Assembly (NCBI GenBank): GCA_964035545.1
Contig: OZ037766.1
Span: 13,940,722 to 14,004,721, forward strand
Length of the DNA stretch: 64,000 nucleotides
Direction: 5' to 3'
DNA from: Bugula neritina
Taxonomy: Eukaryota > Animalia > Bryozoa
This document shows, one piece after another, positions 55,871-64,000 of the stretch. The stretch's first letter is position 1. Every line of letters begins with the position of its first letter. A model generated the notes under the pieces. That model saw only the letters and a list, made by a program, of their open reading frames with translations. It was not told the origin of the DNA and ran no database searches. A program made the position numbers and the translations under genes.

Positions 55871-58800
55871 TTAGAGCAAAGCTTTGGTAGCTGCTTTTAA
55901 GACATCCACAGCTGCCTTAATGTCTTCTTGGGGCAGATCTACATTCACAGCCAGTCGAATACTAAAATAATATAAGAATACCAATCTATTATTATATAGC
56001 ATATATTAACATATGAACACTAGAACATTGTAATGGACTATGTGAAAACAAATATATAGCCACAGCAACTTGGAGATTGTTGGGTGTATTTCATTTTTAC
56101 ACATGGTACAACTTCATATCCTGTAAAAATGATAAAATTATAGTTTATACCGACTGTATTTTAGATTATTGGCAATTTCAAACTTAATTAGAGCAAACTT
56201 TTTATTTGCATAAACAAATATCATATATGTTAATTACAACAACCAATTATAGGTCAGTACAATAAACTATATTTTAGTTTATAGCGTATGCTCATTCAGC
56301 ATCATAGATCTAAAGAAAAAAAATTTTATTCAATTTAAAAACCCTGGCATGCATTGTTTAAGCCAAAAAATTATAAGATTCGGAGCAATTTTCAAAAGGA
56401 AATATGCTGTTGAAATATTTTCCCCACTTTCATTCCAGCTTGACATTTGATGGGTTTTTATATATTGTTTTCTCTTCTAACCAATATTTTACTTTTGATC
56501 ACGTCTGGTATTTAGGAAAAACAGTATATTTCCTACAAAATTTTTCTGACTGTTTATATTGTTGCTAATCAATTAATAAGAGCTTGCATTGTATGTGACA
56601 TAAGATACGCAAGACTTGCCTTGGTCTGGGAACTTTATGCTCAAACTGGTCAATGTACTGAGCTTGCGTTACAGCCACACCATTCTGCATGCAGTATTCT
56701 ACTATTTTCTGTAATAGTAATCGGTCTCCATTGATGTCCCCACTAGTCTTTGATAACATTAGATGTTTGACAGGAGATATCTCGTCACTAATCACACCAA
56801 CACCAGAAATGCTGTAAAAGAATTTAGGAAAAAAAACTAAAAGATAATTAATGCTGATTGTGTTGAATTTTGGGGGGGCATAAAATAAAGCCTATATAAT
56901 GGGCAAACTATAGCAAGATAATGATGCATTGCTAGCTGTTACCCAACATATTAATTGAATTTAAAAGAAGGTAACAGCAATCATAATAGTTTGAATCAAT
57001 AACTATCATTTAAATACTAGAAGCTGCCTAAAAAACTAAAGGTTTGGTTATAATTGCTTACCTTTCAAGCATCCGGTGAAATGAACTTGCCTTGGAACGG
57101 AGATTTTCAAGCTTACCTGCAACACAGGACAAAACTATTTAGCAAATTGCCGATAAATAATGCTGCCATTGTATAAAACCAGCACAATACATTAAACTCT
57201 ACTGTGTACCCACCAGCTACCCGAACAGGACAGAGCGGAGATAGGTAAGAAAAAAAGAATCGAATATCTGTACCCAATACAAAAGTTGGTTAAGCAAAGC
57301 TCTTCAGCATAAAATAAATGCATATAAGACAATGTGCAAGGCAAAAATATTACAGTAAGCAACGTGGTATGAATTACCTCCTGAAGAATCTATAATTCCT
57401 AGAGCTGTGATGGCCCCTGCAGCTAGAAGAGGTGGGAGTGAAGCTGAGAAACAGTATCCTAACCCAGATAATCTCTAAATATCAAATAAAATAAAATTAT
57501 ACTGTTATAAAATATTCTTCTACTTATAACATACCATTAATTATACTCATTTAATAGCAGCCTGCATGTGCATGACTGCACTTTTATCACTTGTTATTGT
57601 GATATGTTGTTTTAGAATCACATATTATTGCACAATAGTTGTTTACATTCATTATTCATCTTATTATACTATATATGAATAATGAAATATAAGTACATCA
57701 TAGATCCCAGCATAGTATGCAAATACAATGCAAATACAATTTAATTTTTTACTAATATGCAGTGTTCTAGCTGGTATATGCATATATGCTGCAGTAAATT
57801 TATTTGCATGTTATTCAAATATATTCTATGAATTACTATACCTGGTGGTCAATGACAAACGACCTTCCACAACAGAAACCACCGATAGAGCCGACAGCAT
57901 ACTCTAAGTTGGCACATACCATATCAACATCTTCCATCTGAAACAAAGGCAACACCATTTCTCTACTAATTATGGTTTCCAATTCTTATAATACTTGGCA
58001 CATTTATTATCATAACAAAGCAAGCTAACGGAATATGACAGAATTTACCAAAACAACGCTGCTAAAGATACAGACTTAGGAAAAGCAGCATTTGAAAAGT
58101 ATATGGCTAATGATCAGAACCACTAGACCAATGAAGAAAAAGCAATTTATTCAGATTTTAGATTTCACCAGCAAAGACTGTTAAAATTTAGAAAGTATAT
58201 ACGAGTATTATCTAGGTGTGAGACTGTCATGTACTTCACAACTGTATCTTGCGGTGCAACTATTTCAGAGTTGGTAAAAGTTATAAAGTTTATGTTACAT
58301 GATGCATGTTTAGTGGAAAATCAGGATTACAAAACAACATTGAAAATAAAAATAATTCCCTTCAGCTACTTACATTACAGTTGAAATGTTGAGTAATGCC
58401 TCTACCAGTATCTCCGAGTACACCAAATGACAAGCTTTCTTCGATAAACAGCCTTACTTTGTATTTATACTTCAACTCTATCTGCAAAAACACTGAACAA
58501 AATAACAACAGCGACTGGAAAGTTTTTCAAGTTACTAAACTCGGTACATAAACTGTCACTGACTACAGCTAGGATACAAATACACAAACAAGTGCAGAAA
58601 ACTACACACTTTACAAGAAATTAACTGATTAGCTGATGACTTACAAGCTTGGGGAGAGGACAGATATCGCCATAGTTCAGATAAACTCCTTCAACAATGA
58701 AAAATCTTCGAGTGACTTTGGCTTTTCTAGGGTTCTAATTGTAAAAATAACACAGTATGGTAAAGAGAGATCACATGACAATACAATATTTCACAGTATC

Positions 58801-59899
58801 ATATGTATAATAAAAACAGCTTTTAAATTTGGATACATAATACCAAGTGATAAAAGTATATGTAGAGACATGAAAAGTTGGGATGCTCTAGTTGACACAA
58901 CTATTTTATGTGAGCTTCAGTTTTCTTAAATATCCTGCCAAGTTAATATAACATACTTTAAAAATACCCAATTGAGTTGGACTTTTATAGGTGATAAAAT
59001 TACATAAATCAGACTGCAAATTTTTGCTTAAAAATTTTGGTGTTGGTTTTAATAAAAGTTTTAAATATGACCTTACTCACAATATACAAAAATGATTACA
59101 AATAAATAATTACTTTAAGGTCTTCAGCAGCCTGTTCTTTCAGTAAGCGTTCAAGATCTGACATATCATTGTGCTTGAAGTACTTGACACAACTTCTAGA
59201 AGCTTCCACACCTTTCTGAACAGGAAAACACACCCCTTCATCTCTGCAAACAATCATTAGTATTAAACACACAATTATGTATGATGCTCATTTATTTTAA
59301 TATCAGATATGTGTGTCATAAGTTTAATGTAGAAAGTAAATAATAACAAATTGCATACAGGCTTAGAAAAAATATATCAGAATCATACAGATACTAATAA
59401 TGCTACGTTCAAGTTTACATGAGACATTTCATAGCGAAAAACACATTCAATAGCAAAGTTAAGAAAAACTAATAACAGATATCTATTCATTCATTATATC
59501 AATACAATATTGTCATTGAAATTGTTTATGGAAACTACATATATTGTCTTAACAAAAAATTGTTCAATTCTGTTTAACAGGAAAGTTCTGGCAAATTTTG
59601 CCCACTAAAATAATTTTAAAAGCTAATCTTATGAACTCAAAACTCACCAGCTAAGCATAAAGAAATGATTGTAAAAATATTGCTTACACAAAAAGCACAT
59701 CCCCTCTTTTGGCATAAGCAGGAATGGCACTAGCAACTGTGGAGAAACCATAAGCATACAAAATGGCTTCTTCACAGTTCATGAACTTTGCGAGATTCTC
59801 CTCCAGCTCCAAGTGAATGCCTGTATGAATATCAAGCTTTTTGTGGCACTTAGCAGTAGATTAAATTTGCCAAACAAAGTCTTATTGTACAATATAACA

Positions 59900-59974
<75 letters not shown>

Positions 59975-62263
59975 GCTATACATATGTGTTAATGTATGCC
60001 ACGTATATGTGCAATGTAATATAATTTATGCTGCATGTAATATGTTACATGTACATAGTGAGCTGGGCACACAACTCTAAAATTGCATTTAGCTGCCAAG
60101 TAAGATATTTTTCTACAAAAATTTAATATTGCATAAATGTAACTAGATAGCCCTTCTCCCAGACGAGTTGTTGAATGAGAATAGGCCATCTAAAACTGTT
60201 ACCACATCCAGTCAGCTGTAACCATAGCATTCATTTAGAATATGCTGTAAACAATATTCTAACAGAGCAATCAACTCAATGCACTATGCAGACTTGACTA
60301 GTCAACAAACTTCCCTTAAAATTATTTTCTTCCTATCTTCAATAGGACAACTGATTAGAGAAAATAATTACATGATGATAGAATAAACATGATGTCAGGC
60401 AGATGGGCCTTTATTCTATAGGAAACTTACTGTTGGTGCCATAGAACCCTCTTGGTCCACAAGAACCCACGCCATATTTTCTCACTGCGTCAATAGCACT
60501 TGCCTAGAACCAAATCATCACCATGAGTTCATTATTGGAAAAATTTCCCTTCAGCAAATCTGACAACTAGAATTTGATCTTCAATAGCAATTTTTTATAA
60601 CTTAGAAGACATCTTGCATGAAAACGTTATTGTCTAATTCTGCAACCATAGTTTGATCGATTTTTATTTCTGTTTCAAGTATACCTGACATATGTGTGTA
60701 TTGGTGTGTACTATGAACTAAGCTGCAAACTAAAAAGTTATAGGACAGTTTTGAAAACTGGGTCTTTGAAGAAGTAGGATAATACACTAATGGTTTCAGG
60801 CATAATTCACTAAAAGAGACTGAAACTATAGTGGGTTGATGACAAGTAGATGACTATGTATGTAGCCTTTCTACAGCAACCTTTGACTAGCTAAAAACTA
60901 AATTACTTTAATCAAGACTTGATTTTGTGCCAAAATTTTTAAAAACTACCCTAAACTTTTCATCATAAACTTGCACAAATTTGATATCTTTTATAAACCT
61001 ATTGGATGGCAAATTAGACAGTTTCAGAATTTATACTTTTAAACTGTGTTATGGCCTTGAATGGAAAAAGTTTGGTTATGACTTTCTAAAGCAGTGCAAC
61101 GACAGTTAAACCAAGCTGTCAAAAAATTCGCTTATATAATGAAATTTTCAACAAACCCATAAGGCTTAACCGTTACTTGAACTTTTCATAAAAACCTTCA
61201 AAAAATCGAGTCATAAAAGATGTATTGTTTACTTTAATGTACACGTATCACATGACTTTCTGGTATGAAAAAAATTATCTACAAGTAATTTCGGTTTATC
61301 AAACGTCCATCATCAAGTAAGAACAAAACTTTAATCAAAAACATAAATATACAAGAGCTATTGGCTAAATAACAAGTTTCCCAGTAAAACTGTACCTCAA
61401 CCTCTTTGTTGCCAATCATGTTTAGGAAGTTTAAAGAAGTAAGATTAATGTGCTCTTTGCCATTAATACAAACTGTTGGACCAGGTATTCTAAAAAGAAC
61501 ATATAATTAAAATATTATAAGCTAAAAACAGCAGAATATTTGAAGATGCAATAGACAATTCAAATTACACATTTCAAAGCCATGGCTTTGTATATATATA
61601 ACAGCATTTAATTTTTTTTACCCAGTGAACTTATTTTTGAAACCAACAGGGTTTTCCTCTTCAACTTCAGGGATGAGTGGGTCTGGTTGCCATTCTTCTA
61701 TCAGAGCATTTTTTTCCTTAAAGCAAAAATGATACACTGAGTTGGTAACATTATTTTTCGTGAATTTTTCTACAGACACAACTATACTGGCAAACAAATC
61801 TAAACTGGATAATATTATTAATATATTATCAATATTAAAACTTTTTCAGGGTTGGTGCATTTTAAAACATCTTTCTAGTTTGTCTCGGACAACTCACCTT
61901 TTCTGTTAGTTCACTTTTAGCCAAGTTAAAAGTTTTAGTAAAGAAAAGAAGCTTGACAATCCATATCAGTAGCAAAGCTTCAAATATCAAATGATATGCT
62001 GGTGCCTGAAATTCAAAAAGAACCATCAGTGTTTATAAGACTTAAGAATTAGTAACATATATGTTGTAGAAAGGCTAACTTTCAATTGTATAAAGTTAAG
62101 TGACTAAGAGAGACAAACTAAATAGGTTTTGAAACTTATCTTAATTATAATGATCAATAAAACATTAGCTTAATCAACAGGCTACCAAATCATCAATAGT
62201 GAGTATAGGGAAGTCCAAAGTGTAATCTTTAAAATTTATACAATTATTTACCTGTAAACTCAT
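55871..62263 (-). CDS. SPTLC1: Serine palmitoyltransferase subunit 1 (LCB1), 14 coding exons, ~457 aa
   Basis: Exons: 62252-62263 (start uncertain), 61898-62005, 61622-61716, 61396-61489, 60431-60503, 59688-59820, 59114-59243, 58645-58734, 58374-58481, 57842-57937, 57378-57474, 57062-57116, 56620-56811, 55871-55961. Motifs: [79 protein letters not shown]. The PLP lysine is absent ([11 protein letters not shown]), as expected for LCB1 rather than LCB2. Confidence 0.95.
59905..59964. repeat. (TA)30 microsatellite in an SPTLC1 intron
   Basis: Direct reading. Confidence 0.95.
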
Positions 62264-62912
62264 TCAATGAAGCAATCATTCTACTCCATTACTAGCGAAC
62301 AGGGATAAAATAAAAGCAATATTAGTTGTTAACAATTATTGATACTATAACTAAATGCAATATAAGTACAAAAAACAATATGAATACTAACATGAATTGA
62401 AAGTAAATTGTAAAGTGTATGGCTATTGCCTACAATAGTAATTTATATTATGATAATCATAATTAAAATGAAATTAATAGTTATTCAACATATTGATATT
62501 GATATTTAAAAGAAATGAAATCCCACTAAATCAATATTTAGATTACTATTTCAATGTTTTTTGATAAATTTAGATAACAGTTATTGTCAATTGCTATATA
62601 ACAACTGTTGTCATTTTTGTACAGTTTATTTTCAAACTAAAATAAAAGTAGAAACATCAAATAAACTAAACCTAAACTCAAAAATGAAATAAAAGTCCAA
62701 ATGAAAATACGACTATTCCGTTTCAGCTTGTAGTTGTTTGTGTTACTCAAAGTCGAATACTAAGTTTTAGTTCAAATAGAGTAAATAGTTACTAATACTA
62801 TTAGTATTAGCAATATCAGCACTAATACTAATAGTAATATTAATAATAAATTACTATAACATTAACTATAACTATAAGCATAAGTATAAATGTTACTATT
62901 AATAATTAATAT

Positions 62913-63210
62913 TGTTGTGAGTTTTAGCACAATTATCAAGCGTGGATTGCCTGCGTATTTAATTTCAATTTAACTAGCAACATAATTATAACAGTATATC
63001 AAAACCACAATACATCAGTCAATTATAAACACATCTTACTACTACGAGCCCCTGCTCTCAACAACACATGGTTTCTGCTAGCTAACCCGCGAACAGTCAC
63101 TTGACCAGAACCTTGCCTTCCGGTCCCTCTGATTGGATAATAGAATATAGTTATAAGTATTCCACACAAGAGGGGACGACTCCATTATTAGACTACGTAA
63201 TCCCATTACA
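62913..63210 (-). repeat. 3' long terminal repeat (298 bp)
   Basis: TGT...ACA termini, PPT immediately upstream, CCAAT (63136-63132), ATTAAA ~45 nt before the end. The second LTR copy is not visible in the window. Confidence 0.7.
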
Positions 63211-63418
63211 CCGCCCCCACCAGCAGAAAGCCCCACTTTCTGATAAAACAAAATAGTATAATAATGCAAAAATAACATAAGTAAAGAAAACTCACAAAGA
63301 GAAAGAAGAGAAATATCAACTGTACGACATATATAAACATATAAGTAAGATAACGGACGGCCAGCGTACAACTGGCCAGCTATAAAGAGAGAGTCCTGGA
63401 TCGTAGGTCATTAGCAGA

Positions 63419-64000
63419 TCAAGCATTTACACGATCACAACGTAGTATCCCGGGAACATGCGGGGTGGAATTGCCAACTGCCAGCTCCCAGTTTTGTAGG
63501 GACTGGATCCGGTATCGTGCCTGCCGTGCACGTAGCCTACGCTTTAGGCGTCCTACTGAGCCCTTCAATTCACTAAGGCCCATTGTAGTACTGAGTAAGT
63601 CGGGGGCCAACTGGGTGAATTCATCCTGCAGCCGTAGGAGTCTTTCTTCGACGGTTGCTAGTCGGGTAGGCCTGGTTGGGGTTGGCGTCGCTTCTTCTGG
63701 CGAGTCTGATGCTTCCATGGGGGTATTGTCTAGCCGCGGTATGATTGCAGCGACCGTTCTCACCATAGGGGACTTCTGACGGGCGGCTGTTAGCAATGTA
63801 TAAAATCCGGAGGATAATGCGGCCCAGGTTAAAGCCTTCTTAACCACTGGTTTGACCGCTTCTAGGTATTGATCGTAGTTGTCCGCGTCTACTACATAGC
63901 CTTCGCCCGCGAAACAGTCCATCATATAAGCCACGACGGGGTATGGGTATACGTCGTGAAATCCACACGGACAGAAACGTAGCAGGAAGTGTGCATTCAC
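63419..64000 (-). CDS. 5'-truncated retroelement-borne ORF (>193 aa) of unknown function with a Cys/His cluster and a C-terminal coiled coil
   Basis: Open to the window edge. HFLLRFCPCGFH motif, Pro/Thr linker, heptad-like RLATVEERLLRLQDEFTQL...LSELKGSVGRLKRRLRARQAR. Stops ~200 nt before the PPT. Confidence 0.65.
   Translation of the reverse strand: MNAHFLLRFCPCGFHDVYPYPVVAYMMDCFAGEGYVVDADNYDQYLEAVKPVVKKALTWAALSSGFYTLLTAARQKSPMVRTVAAIIPRLDNTPMEASDSPEEATPTPTRPTRLATVEERLLRLQDEFTQLAPDLLSTTMGLSELKGSVGRLKRRLRARQARYRIQSLQNWELAVGNSTPHVPGILRCDRVNA

Larger units (their letters stand above)
62913..64000 (-). mobile_element. 3' end of an LTR retrotransposon (probably Gypsy/Metaviridae-like): extra ORF, PPT and 3' LTR; continues beyond the window
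   Basis: Abrupt rise in GC and CpG. On the minus strand the purine-rich TGGTGGGGGCGG (63222-63211) directly precedes TGTAATGGGA.... The segment ends ...CTCACAACA at 62913, next to ATAT. Confidence 0.75.

Noticed and set aside
63465-63779. 104-aa + strand ORF (likewise the antisense ORFs at 12170, 10718, 24253, 24929)
   Set aside because: Antisense shadows of longer, more GC-rich coding ORFs.

Overview
AT-rich, intron-rich animal (invertebrate-like) genomic DNA; no prokaryotic features, RNA genes or CRISPR arrays seen. From left to right: (1) the last two exons of a + strand single-pass membrane protein; (2) a ~44-48 kb minus-strand Trio/Kalirin/UNC-73-family RhoGEF gene, hand-assembled as 33 coding exons and 1599 aa (Sec14 - spectrin repeats - DH1 - PH1), which stops with no SH3, second GEF or kinase. 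Its introns hold three same-strand, in-phase candidate alternative first exons, two of them encoding 555-584 aa disordered, motif-rich N-termini; (3) LSM5 (+, 4 exons), head-to-head with the Trio-like gene; (4) SPTLC1 (-, 14 coding exons, one GC-AG intron), convergent with LSM5; (5) the 3' end of an LTR retrotransposon (extra non-pol ORF, PPT, 298-bp LTR) inserted just upstream of SPTLC1 in the same orientation. Several minisatellites and decayed LINE fragments lie in introns. All gene models were built by eye from splice signals, reading phase and recalled homology, with no transcript evidence.
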